A stretch of DNA of 40,823 nucleotides, taken from positions 1-40,823 of the forward strand of contig JALXEW010000258.1 of assembly GCA_027069285.1 (NCBI GenBank). Direction: 5' to 3'. Both the position numbers and the translations under genes were made by a program. How positions within the stretch are numbered: position 1 is the first letter of the stretch; every line of letters begins with the position of its first letter. This DNA comes from Ardenticatenia bacterium (GTDB lineage: Bacteria; Chloroflexota; Anaerolineae; Aggregatilineales; JALXEW01). This document shows positions 25,075 through 34,357 of the stretch, piece by piece. The notes below the pieces were generated by a model. It was not told the origin of the DNA, did not search any database, and was given only the letters and a program-made list of their open reading frames with translations.

Positions 25075-25797
25075 ATGGATTGGGACCCGCCGTCAAAGCC
25101 CGCCGAACTAACCGAACATCGCCTGCTCAGAGCGATACTCGACGGCGTATTCCCCCCCGGCTCGACCCTACCGGGCGAAAGGGAACTGGCCCGCCGACTG
25201 GGCGTAACCAGGCCAACCTTGCGAGAAGCATTACAACGCCTGGCACGCGACGGCTGGCTGGAGATACATCAAGGCCGCCCCACCAGAGTCCGGGACTACT
25301 GGCGTGACGGCAACCTGAACGTGCTCAGCGCAATGGTGCGGGTCAACCACACCCTGCCGCCGGACTTTGTGACGAACCTGCTGGAAGTGCGAGCAGTACT
25401 GGCGCCGGCCTACACCCGTAGCGCAGTCAAACACGGCCCGCGCGAAGTGATCGCCCTGCTGGAAAACCTGATCCGCCTGGACGACACCCCGGAAGCATTC
25501 GCCGAAGGGGATTGGTCGCTACACAGGCAACTCACCCTCAGCGCCGGCAACCCGGTTTACGTGCTGCTGCTCAACGGATTCCAGAGCTTTTACGAGAAAA
25601 TGGCCCTCACCTACTTCTCATCCCCACAGGCACGCAACTTCTCCCGCGCCTTCTACCGTGACCTGCTGGACGCCTTCGAGCGAGGCGATCAAGACGCCGC
25701 AGAAGAGATCACCAGGCGGGTGATGCTCGCCAGCATACACTTTTGGCGCCTGGCGACGGATGGGCGGATGGAGAAAGGCGATGAGAAGATGGAATGA
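25075..25797 (+). CDS. fadR: Fatty-acid-responsive GntR-family regulator, FadR orthologue
   Basis: Resembles E. coli FadR by eye along the whole length. Examples: [47 protein letters not shown] versus [47 protein letters not shown], and a C-terminal [14 protein letters not shown] block. GGAG sits upstream of ATG 25075. Confidence 0.85.
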   Translation: [240 protein letters not shown]

Positions 25798-27370
25798 GTG
25801 GGGGGCAGAAGGCGTAACATACCCCCTAAAGCAAGGCCTCATCTCATTCCTCGAACGCGAAATCGGGCCAGGGCATCCCTGGACACCCGTCCCAATGGAA
25901 TCCGTAAAACCACCGCCATCGGCGCTACCATCGCACCCGCTGGTCGCAACCGATGACGAATCCCGCATACGCCACGCCCTGGGGCAGAGCCTGGCCGACG
26001 TGATCCGGCTTTGGAGCGGTGCAATACCCGCCTTCCCAGACGGAGTAGCATATCCCCTCGCCGATGAGGACGTCGAGACCCTGATCCGCTTCGCGCTCGA
26101 AACCGATTCCGCCCTGATCCCATATGGCGGTGGGACTAGCGTGGTCGGCGGGATCAACCCACCACCCGACCGAAAGCCGATCCTCACAGTAGACATGAGC
26201 CGCATGATGACACTTGAAGCCCTGGACGCCGAAAGCCATCTGGCGACCTTCGGCGCCGGAGTCACCGGCCCCCGATTGGAAGCACAACTACGTGCCCACG
26301 GCTTCACATTAGGCCATTTCCCGCAATCGTTCGAATTCTCCACCCTGGGCGGGTGGATAGCGACCAGATCGAGCGGGCAACAATCACTGGGCTACGGCCA
26401 CATTGAAGACCTTTTCGCAGGCGGCAGAGTCATCACCCCTGTCGGACTGCTGGAACTGCCCCCGTTCCCGGATTCCGCCGCCGGGCCGGATCTGCGACAA
26501 CTGATTCTCGGCTCCGAAGGCAGACTGGGAGTGATCACCCAGGCGACCGTGCGTATAAGGCCGGTTCCCAGGCACGAAAGCTTCTTCGCTGCCCTATTCC
26601 CAAATTGGGATTCCGGGCTGGCGGCAATGCGCGAAATAGCCCAGGAACGGCTACCGCTGAGCATGATGCGTCTGAGCAACGGCGCGGAAACCCGCGCCTT
26701 CATCGCCATCTCCGGCATCGAGGAGCGCTTCCCAGGGCCGATGAAAGCGATCAAAAAACTACTGGGTGGTGATGAGATGTGCCTGTTCCTCTTCGCGATC
26801 GGCGGCACCAGGCGCAAAGTCCGGGCCGGGCGGATCGCGACCCAGGCCGCGATCCGACGTCACAAAGGCCTCAGCATCGGGCGTTCGATAGGGGAGCGAT
26901 GGCGCAAAGACCGATTCCGCACCCCTTACATGCGCCGCTCGCTGCTGGAGCGGGGATGGGGCGTCGAGACAGCTGAAACCGCCGTCCCCTGGTCGCGCGT
27001 GACCCGGCTGATGAAAGCATTAGAAACAGCCCTGCGCGACGCACTAAATGACGAGGGGGAACGGGTATACCCATTCACACACCTATCGCATAGCTACAAC
27101 GACGGCGCGGCGGTATACACCACCTTCATATTCCGTCTGGGCCGGGATGCAGATACCGCACTGGCCCGCTGGGAAAAACTAAAAACCACCGCCTGTCGCG
27201 TCATAACGTCCCACGGTGGCACCATCTCACATCACCACGGCGTGGGAACATACCACCTCCCGTACATGGAAGCGGAAAAGGGCAAACCGGGCATGGAAGC
27301 ACTCCGCGCGGTGGCCTCTGCCCTCGACCCGGCAGGCATTATGAACCCCGGCAAGATGCTACCCTGGTGA
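25781..27370 (+). CDS. FAD-linked oxidase, alkyl-dihydroxyacetone-phosphate synthase (AgpS)-like
   Basis: N-terminal RWNEWG (AgpS-type RWNGWG). PCMH FAD-binding region PDGVAYPLADEDVETLIRFA...IPYGGGTSVVGG. C-terminal SHHHGVG. Overlaps the fadR stop by 17 nt. Confidence 0.85.
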   Translation: MRRWNEWGAEGVTYPLKQGLISFLEREIGPGHPWTPVPMESVKPPPSALPSHPLVATDDESRIRHALGQSLADVIRLWSGAIPAFPDGVAYPLADEDVETLIRFALETDSALIPYGGGTSVVGGINPPPDRKPILTVDMSRMMTLEALDAESHLATFGAGVTGPRLEAQLRAHGFTLGHFPQSFEFSTLGGWIATRSSGQQSLGYGHIEDLFAGGRVITPVGLLELPPFPDSAAGPDLRQLILGSEGRLGVITQATVRIRPVPRHESFFAALFPNWDSGLAAMREIAQERLPLSMMRLSNGAETRAFIAISGIEERFPGPMKAIKKLLGGDEMCLFLFAIGGTRRKVRAGRIATQAAIRRHKGLSIGRSIGERWRKDRFRTPYMRRSLLERGWGVETAETAVPWSRVTRLMKALETALRDALNDEGERVYPFTHLSHSYNDGAAVYTTFIFRLGRDADTALARWEKLKTTACRVITSHGGTISHHHGVGTYHLPYMEAEKGKPGMEALRAVASALDPAGIMNPGKMLPW

Positions 27371-27410
27371 GCGTGGTCTTGGCGCCGCCTGAGAAAATCG
27401 GAGGGACATC

Positions 27411-29027
27411 ATGTGGGGCAAAAACTGGCGTCAGGAAATTTGGGCCGGCCTGAGCGACAGCATCTGGGACTTGATCGTGATCGGTGGGGGGATCACAGGC
27501 GCCGGTATCCTGAAAGAAGCCGCAAGACTCGGCCTGCGGGCGCTAATGCTGGAGCAAAACGACTTCGCATCCGGCACATCAAGCCGTTCGTCCAAACTGG
27601 TACACGGTGGGCTGCGCTACCTCCGCCAATTTCAATGGCGCCTCACCAGAGCCTCAGTCCGCGAGCGGGAACACCTGCTTGAAGTAGGCGCCGGGCTGAT
27701 CGAGCGGCTTGGATTCCTTTACGCGGCCTACGAGGGAACCAGACCCCCGGCCTGGATGATCGCCACCGGCCTGACCGTTTACGACATCCTGGCATTACGA
27801 TGGGATCACAAATACCTTGATGCCGACTCATTCCGGGAGCTGGCGCCCGATCTGACCGCCATAGGCCTGCGGGGCGGATTCAGCTACTACGACGCCAAAA
27901 CCGACGACGCCAGGCTCACCCTCCGCGTGATCCGCGAGGCAGTCCGCAAAGGCGCCACAGCACTCAACTACGCACAAGTCGTGGGCCTGACCTTCCGGCG
28001 CGATGGACAAGTCGGCGGCGTCATCGCGCGCGACCGTGAAACCGGGCAGACCACCAACATCACCGCAAAAGTCGTGATCAACGCTACCGGCGCCTGGGCA
28101 GATGAGCTACGCGCACAGATCGGAGCCAGGCCCAGACTACGCCCGTTACGGGGCAGCCACCTGATATTCCCCGCCTACAAGCTGCCAGTCGCCCAGGCGA
28201 TCACATTCCCCCATCCGGACGATGGTCGACCGGTATTCGTCATCCCCTGGGAAGGCGCCACGCTCCTCGGCACCACCGATTGCGACCATCGCGAGCCGCT
28301 CGACCGCGAACCATCCATCTCGCCGGACGAAGTACGCTACCTGATGCGGGCGTTGGAAGCGCACTTCCCCGCCCTGCACCTCCGCCCATGCGACGCCATC
28401 GCAACATTCTCCGGCGTGCGACCGGTCATAGGCACCGGCAAAGATGACCCATCCAAAGAATCGCGCGAGCACGCGATCTGGGACGAACGCGGGCTGATCA
28501 CCGTCACCGGCGGCAAGCTGACCACATTCCGCCTGATGGCATTGGATACGTTAAAGGCAGCCTCGGCCTACCTATCGCCCATACCGCCCATCCGACCCGA
28601 CCACCCGATCCTGGACCCGGTGGGCGATCTGGCACCGGAACTGGAAGCCCTGCCGCCCACCGACCGGCTCAGGCTTTACGGTCGCTACGGGGCCGAAGCG
28701 GCACACGTCATCAGGGCGGCGGGCAAGGGAGAACTGAAGCACATCCCCGGCACCCAGGCGCTATGGGCAGAAGTGCGATGGGCAGCGCTGGCCGAGGGAG
28801 TGGTACACCTTGACGACCTCCTCCTGCGGCGCGTCCGCCTGGGCCTGCTATGTCCCGAAGGCGGCCTGGGCCTGCTAGACCGCCTGGAGCCACTCATCCG
28901 CGCCGGAACCGGATGGGACAAACGCCGCTGGCAACAGGAAGTGGAGCGATACACCGGGATATGGCACAACTCCTACTCGGCCCCAGGCGAGGACAAACCG
29001 CTATCCGACGTCCTCGACGTAGCGTGA
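27411..29027 (+). CDS. glpD: FAD-dependent glycerol-3-phosphate dehydrogenase/oxidase
   Basis: DLIVIGGGITGAGI dinucleotide motif, SSRSSKLVHGGLRYL, and a GlpD-type C-terminal helical domain. GGAGGG sits upstream of the ATG. Confidence 0.88.
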   Translation: MWGKNWRQEIWAGLSDSIWDLIVIGGGITGAGILKEAARLGLRALMLEQNDFASGTSSRSSKLVHGGLRYLRQFQWRLTRASVREREHLLEVGAGLIERLGFLYAAYEGTRPPAWMIATGLTVYDILALRWDHKYLDADSFRELAPDLTAIGLRGGFSYYDAKTDDARLTLRVIREAVRKGATALNYAQVVGLTFRRDGQVGGVIARDRETGQTTNITAKVVINATGAWADELRAQIGARPRLRPLRGSHLIFPAYKLPVAQAITFPHPDDGRPVFVIPWEGATLLGTTDCDHREPLDREPSISPDEVRYLMRALEAHFPALHLRPCDAIATFSGVRPVIGTGKDDPSKESREHAIWDERGLITVTGGKLTTFRLMALDTLKAASAYLSPIPPIRPDHPILDPVGDLAPELEALPPTDRLRLYGRYGAEAAHVIRAAGKGELKHIPGTQALWAEVRWAALAEGVVHLDDLLLRRVRLGLLCPEGGLGLLDRLEPLIRAGTGWDKRRWQQEVERYTGIWHNSYSAPGEDKPLSDVLDVA

Positions 29028-29144
29028 GCTGGCCGGGATAGGCACAGAACCTGCCACTCCATCGGGATACGGCAAGGTTGGCACCCACCATACATATTGG
29101 GTATCTTAGTCCACAGGCCATAAAACCGTGGAGGGCAGCGTGCC

Positions 29145-30680
29145 ATGAGGGGCAGCCGACCGAACATCATCCTCATCGTCCTGGATACAGTGCGCCGCGA
29201 TCACCTATCACTCTACGGCTATGAGCGGGAAACCTCACCGCGCCTGGACGAATTCGCAGCGGACGCCACAACATTCCAAAACGCCATCTCCGCCGCACAA
29301 TGGACGATCCCATCCCACGCCTCGATGTTCACCGGCCTATATCCCACCTCGCACCGCACCACACAAGGCTACTCGGTCCTGCCCCGGTCACACGTGACCC
29401 TGGCAGAACTCCTCCGGCTGCACGGCTATCACACCGTCGGCTTCTGCAACAACCCGCTCGTCGGCGTGCTGGAAAACGGACTGCGGCGCGGATTCACCGA
29501 ATTCTTCAGCTACGGCGGCGCCATACCCGTACGCCCCAGATTCGGCAAAGGAACCCTCGATAAGCTACGCGAGGCAGTGAACCGTCGGCTACTCGCCATC
29601 TCGATCCCCATACAAAACATGTTTGCCCGATCGGACTTCCTGTTCCGTCTCTCGCTGAACCCGCTTTTCGTGCCGATCTGGTCTCGTCTGGCACGCTTCA
29701 AAGGCGACACCGCCCGTTCCATAGACGACGCGATACGCTACCTGCGGGCCGGCCCGCCGGAGCCTTACTTCATGTTCATCAACCTGATGAGCGCACATCC
29801 TCCCTACACACCGCCCAGGCAATTCCGCGAGAAATTCGCCCCCTACCTGGCGCACGACCGGGAGGCACGACGCATAATCCGCTCATTCAACGCCGACGCC
29901 TCCCGATGGCCCAGTCCCCTGGATCGGCCCATGAGCGAACTCGAACACCGCGTGCTCACCGACTTCTACGATGCCGAGATCGCCGGTCAAGACGCGGAAC
30001 TGGGACGCCTGCTGGATGAGCTACATCGGAGCGGGGCACCGGAAAACTCGATGGTCATAATCACATCCGATCACGGCGAAGGGTTGGGCGAACACGGATT
30101 CTTCGGCCACGGATTCGTGGTATACGGGGAGTTGATGAACGTCCCGCTCATCATCAAATACCCGGCGGAATACCCGGTCGGCACCAGGATCAAAACATTT
30201 GTCTCCACCAGAAGGCTTTTCCACACCGTATTGGATGCCGCCGGCATAGAGCCGCCCGATAGAGAAGACGTGCGGGAAATGAGCCTGGCCGCCACAGCAG
30301 CCGGTCACGACCCGGAGAAACACCTATTTGCCGAAGCGATCCCGCCGGTTACATTCATACACGTACTCGAACACAAAAACCCGTCCCTGATAGACCGCCT
30401 GAGCCTCCGCGAGCCACGTCGGGCAGTCTATCGTGACAGGATGAAACTGGCACAGGTGGGAGGTCGCGTTGAGGGATTGTTCGACGTGCTAAACGACCCC
30501 GGAGAGATCAACGACCTCTCCGCCGAAAAACCGGCCCTGGTTGCCGAGCTAAAACAGAAACTGGCAGAATTCATCGGTCAGGCAGAAGCCAAGGCAAGCC
30601 CCGAAAGCACCCCCCATCTTGACGTCGAGGGGGATAAGAAAGTGGCGGAAAGACTGAGGGCGCTGGGATACATGGAGTGA
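29145..30680 (+). CDS. Sulfatase-fold (alkaline-phosphatase superfamily) hydrolase/transferase, cytoplasmic
   Basis: NIILIVLDTVRRDHLSLYGY metal-site motif and ITSDHGEGLGEHGFFGH. The position of the usual C/S-x-P-x-R reads T-I-P-S-H. No signal peptide. Confidence 0.85.
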   Translation: MRGSRPNIILIVLDTVRRDHLSLYGYERETSPRLDEFAADATTFQNAISAAQWTIPSHASMFTGLYPTSHRTTQGYSVLPRSHVTLAELLRLHGYHTVGFCNNPLVGVLENGLRRGFTEFFSYGGAIPVRPRFGKGTLDKLREAVNRRLLAISIPIQNMFARSDFLFRLSLNPLFVPIWSRLARFKGDTARSIDDAIRYLRAGPPEPYFMFINLMSAHPPYTPPRQFREKFAPYLAHDREARRIIRSFNADASRWPSPLDRPMSELEHRVLTDFYDAEIAGQDAELGRLLDELHRSGAPENSMVIITSDHGEGLGEHGFFGHGFVVYGELMNVPLIIKYPAEYPVGTRIKTFVSTRRLFHTVLDAAGIEPPDREDVREMSLAATAAGHDPEKHLFAEAIPPVTFIHVLEHKNPSLIDRLSLREPRRAVYRDRMKLAQVGGRVEGLFDVLNDPGEINDLSAEKPALVAELKQKLAEFIGQAEAKASPESTPHLDVEGDKKVAERLRALGYME

Positions 30681-30685
30681 ACCAC

Positions 30686-31774
30686 ATGCGCGACCGGATT
30701 CTGGCAGTGATCGCACCCTTGCTACTCCTACTGGTGATCACATCCGGCAGAGCATTACCCGTCGGCGCCGATAGCGGCCCCTCGCCGGAAGAGTGCGCGG
30801 CGATAACAGGCACCCTGCCGGACGCCTGTTGGGCGACCCTGGGCATCTCCCCGCCCGTAGTCCGCGTCATTATGAGCACCCTGGAGCAATACCCGACCCC
30901 CAACGTCATCCGACTGCTCCCCGATGAGGCCGGCCTCACCGAGCGGAACTACGCCCGCGTGATCGCAGAGGAACCCGTGACCATTTACGACTCACCCGAC
31001 GGCCAACCGGTCGAGACATTGGACGTGGGCTTCAACTTCGTCTCGGTCGAAGACCGCATAGGTGACTGGCTCCAGATAGACATCCGCAAATGGGTTCGGG
31101 CAGAAGTCCTGCGCAGAGTAGAGCCATCATCGTTCGCCGGTGTGCTACTGCCGGAGCCGGTGACCTTACCCTTCGGATGGGTTCTGGGCGACGTGCGCCC
31201 CAGCCCCTGGCCCAACATCAATCCGCCGGACGACACCCCGGTGATACCCAGATACACCCTGGTCAACATCTTCGCATCGGCGCGGGTCGGCGACTGGATA
31301 TGGTACCTGGTCGGGCCGGGTCAGTGGATACATCAGACCAGGATGGCAATAGTGCGCTCGGTTCCCCGTCCCTGGCCGGTAAGCGGTCGCTGGATAGCAG
31401 TTGACCTCTACGAACAGACCCTGGCCGCTTACGATGGCGATCGGATGATATTCGCGACCCTGGTATCCACCGGACTGCCCGATTGGCCCACCAACGAGGG
31501 CCTGTTCCGCATATACCGCCGCGTGGAGCTGACGGTGATGAGCGGAGCAGCCGGCCAGCCGGACTTCTACTACCTCCAGGACGTGCCCTGGACGATGTAC
31601 TTCGACCAGGACATAAGCCTGCACGGCACATACTGGCACGACGGCTTCGGATACCGCCACAGCCACGGATGCGTGAACCTCTCATTCACCGATGCCAGGT
31701 GGCTCTACGAATGGACGGAAGAGGGAGCGCCGAACGCATACGTCTACGTCTACAGCACCGGCGAATACCGCTGA
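30686..31774 (+). CDS. L,D-transpeptidase (YkuD domain) with N-terminal anchor
   Basis: Catalytic motif HGTYWHDGFGYRHSHGCVNL and N-terminal TM ILAVIAPLLLLLVI. GGAG sits 8 nt upstream of ATG 30686. The GTG at 30677, overlapping the upstream stop, is an alternative. Confidence 0.85.
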   Translation: MRDRILAVIAPLLLLLVITSGRALPVGADSGPSPEECAAITGTLPDACWATLGISPPVVRVIMSTLEQYPTPNVIRLLPDEAGLTERNYARVIAEEPVTIYDSPDGQPVETLDVGFNFVSVEDRIGDWLQIDIRKWVRAEVLRRVEPSSFAGVLLPEPVTLPFGWVLGDVRPSPWPNINPPDDTPVIPRYTLVNIFASARVGDWIWYLVGPGQWIHQTRMAIVRSVPRPWPVSGRWIAVDLYEQTLAAYDGDRMIFATLVSTGLPDWPTNEGLFRIYRRVELTVMSGAAGQPDFYYLQDVPWTMYFDQDISLHGTYWHDGFGYRHSHGCVNLSFTDARWLYEWTEEGAPNAYVYVYSTGEYR

Positions 31775-31806
31775 CCAAAACACATCACAGGGGAAACAAC
31801 GCACGT

Positions 31807-33720
31807 TCACCGCAACGGGATCGACACATGCCCCGCACCATCCACAGAACCATCCGGCAGGACACGGTACATGCCCACAGTCAAAAACAAAGGCCCATCA
31901 ATCGCCTCAGGCGGCAACAAGGCCCTATGGGCATCCGCGACCAACTCCCCAGGTTCCCATCGCGACGTGGGATACCATCCGCTCACCGGCGCAGAGCTAT
32001 CAGCCTGGGCCAGCAAATCCGCCGGATCGGTTACCGGGCCGGTTCTGCCGACGTGCACCATCACGCTATAATCGGCGCCGACCGGCTCAACCGCCCGCCA
32101 AAAGACCAGCACGTCCAACGTCAGGCTTTCCTCATCCAGCCCCGTCTCCACCCCGACCACCTGCACCCCATTATCAAGCGTAGCCAGCGGGGTCATCGCA
32201 TCGCCACGCCACGGCTCCCGCGATAGCTCCACCAGGCCCGGAGGCCCACAGGCCCTCAGATGTAACCTCCCAAGTCGCTCCTCGAACCATTCGGGCGGGA
32301 ATATATACAGCATCTGATCCGTCGTACAGATTCGCAGCCCGGCATCGAGCATAGCCCCCAGGTCGGCCCGGTGATCCACCACGGCAAAGCCATCCAATCG
32401 CCCATCGACATGCAAACCCCACCAGGCCGCGAAGTACGAGCGACCCCACGGCTCCACCACCACCAGGGATCGCGAATCCGGCGGCAGCGGGCCAACCTCC
32501 CCCAGCAGCGAGATCAACTCCTCAGACGCCGGATCACGGGTGATACCGGTCACAAACCGCAAATTAACGGCGAACAGGAAAACCGCAAACAGCAGAAATC
32601 CCACCGAGATACCGCCACGCTCCCAACCCCGTCCGACCCTGCGGCCAAACGCCACAGCGGATACCAGGATCAGAGCAGCCCCCAAAGGCATCAAAGTAGC
32701 CTCCGGTAGCACCGTTTCCGGGAAAACCGTCACAAACGCCAGATACGATCCGACCAGAAGGGCCATCACAACACCGAACCCGCGACACGTGACCCGGCCA
32801 CACCTATCAGAGCTAAACGCCAACCGGATAAGCGAAACGGCCAGCAACAACACGCCCACAACCGTAACCTGATCGAGCAACACCCGCACGGCCTTGAGAA
32901 AATTACCCGGCACAACCATCGGATCGAGCGCCGGGATCATCAGATCGGCCACCTCCGCGCCGAAGAAAACGCGCCGGAACCCATCCCACGTATCGGTCCG
33001 ATCGTAAAGGAACGGGGCGCCATGAGCCGCCCTCACAGGCAGATAAACATACGGCAGGAACCCGGCAGCAAACAGCGCGATCGAACCGGGCAGTGCCCGC
33101 ACGAAAGCCCCCCTCGCATCCGGATCACGCATCTGGGGCGCCCAAAGCGCCAATACAAAGGGAACGGTCAGCAGCAGCAACCGGTGATGGGCCACGCCGA
33201 AGCCAAAAAGCACCGCCAACGCCAAATAATCCCGCACCCGCCAGGGACGGGGCGCAGTAAGCGCCACAAACACGATCCCGGCCCAAAAAGCCATACTCAT
33301 GGCATACACCTCGGCCACCGTCGCGTGCACCCACACCGACTCCAACCCACCCCAGGCCAGCAGCCCCGCGCCGGCACACCACCCATCAACGCCCATCCGC
33401 AACATCAGAGCATATAGCACCGCCCCGGCGATCAAAGTCGCCGCCGAGCTAAAAAGCGACGGAGCCATCGCCGCGCCGACCAGGCCTCGCATCGCCAGCG
33501 TGAACAGCCACCCCAAAAACGTATACAGCGGATAACCCGTATAATGCATCACCCCGCCGACATTCAAAACGATCTGAATCTCGCCGGTATCTATAGCATA
33601 GGGGCTATCGGAGCCGTTAATATGCGTCTCCGCCGTGCTCAGGTAAACTATCGCCAGCAATACAAGCGCCACGGCGCCGGGGAACCACTTCCCCGTCGCC
33701 ACAGAGGTAATCCGTGACAT
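31807..33720 (-). CDS. DUF2723-type GT-C-fold membrane glycosyltransferase-like protein
   Basis: The N-terminal loop SDSPYAIDTGEIQIVLNVGGVMHYTGYPLY resembles the DUF2723/PMT-like motif. About 11 TM segments and a ~200-aa soluble C-terminal domain. Confidence 0.8.
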   Translation of the reverse strand: MSRITSVATGKWFPGAVALVLLAIVYLSTAETHINGSDSPYAIDTGEIQIVLNVGGVMHYTGYPLYTFLGWLFTLAMRGLVGAAMAPSLFSSAATLIAGAVLYALMLRMGVDGWCAGAGLLAWGGLESVWVHATVAEVYAMSMAFWAGIVFVALTAPRPWRVRDYLALAVLFGFGVAHHRLLLLTVPFVLALWAPQMRDPDARGAFVRALPGSIALFAAGFLPYVYLPVRAAHGAPFLYDRTDTWDGFRRVFFGAEVADLMIPALDPMVVPGNFLKAVRVLLDQVTVVGVLLLAVSLIRLAFSSDRCGRVTCRGFGVVMALLVGSYLAFVTVFPETVLPEATLMPLGAALILVSAVAFGRRVGRGWERGGISVGFLLFAVFLFAVNLRFVTGITRDPASEELISLLGEVGPLPPDSRSLVVVEPWGRSYFAAWWGLHVDGRLDGFAVVDHRADLGAMLDAGLRICTTDQMLYIFPPEWFEERLGRLHLRACGPPGLVELSREPWRGDAMTPLATLDNGVQVVGVETGLDEESLTLDVLVFWRAVEPVGADYSVMVHVGRTGPVTDPADLLAQADSSAPVSGWYPTSRWEPGELVADAHRALLPPEAIDGPLFLTVGMYRVLPDGSVDGAGHVSIPLR

Positions 33721-34357
33721 GTCCCTGGCCGATCAATGCATACCGCGAGAGTTATGGAACGCGATCCGGCTGGCCTCGGCATCCATCGGATGTGTGATCT
33801 GCGTGGGCGCCGTAGCACTCGCGTTCGGACTGGGCAACCCACAGCCGGCAGGCCCACTGCGATGGCAAACCGGCGATTCCCCCGACGTCTGGCGGATCGA
33901 GCCGCAGCACGCACCGATGGACAACGCCCAAATGCTCCTCGGCAGTGGGGATGAAACCCTTGCGACCGCGCCGGTTCGTGCCCGCCTTCCCTTCACCGTC
34001 GAAGTGGAAGCCGCCATAGTGCTAAACGAGCCAGATGCCTGCATCGGCCTCTGGGCCGACGCCGACGGGCCGCTGATCGTCGCCATTGATGGGGAAGGGT
34101 ACTTCTCATTCCGGCACAGAATCGGCGGGAGAACCCGATGGCTTGTAAACTGGCGGGAATTCCCACACATCCGCCTGCCGCCGATGGCGAATCGCATCCG
34201 ACTGGACGTTAATTATAGCGGCGCAACAGCCTGGATCAACTCCGAAAGGGCATTCCGTGCCCACGTGGACGATCTACCCGGCGACGGGACATGGGGCATC
34301 TACTCCTGCGGGCTTGGCGAGGTGACATTCACAGCCGCCAGGCTCTACATGCCCTAG
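33719..34357 (+). CDS. Hypothetical single-pass membrane protein with LamG-like beta-sandwich ectodomain
   Basis: TM ASIGCVICVGAVALAFGL. The C-terminal domain has the pattern F.VEVEA....G....G....I.G.G.....N.I.L.V.....INSE....GTWGI. This is the only in-frame start that keeps the TM. Confidence 0.55.
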   Translation: MSLADQCIPRELWNAIRLASASIGCVICVGAVALAFGLGNPQPAGPLRWQTGDSPDVWRIEPQHAPMDNAQMLLGSGDETLATAPVRARLPFTVEVEAAIVLNEPDACIGLWADADGPLIVAIDGEGYFSFRHRIGGRTRWLVNWREFPHIRLPPMANRIRLDVNYSGATAWINSERAFRAHVDDLPGDGTWGIYSCGLGEVTFTAARLYMP

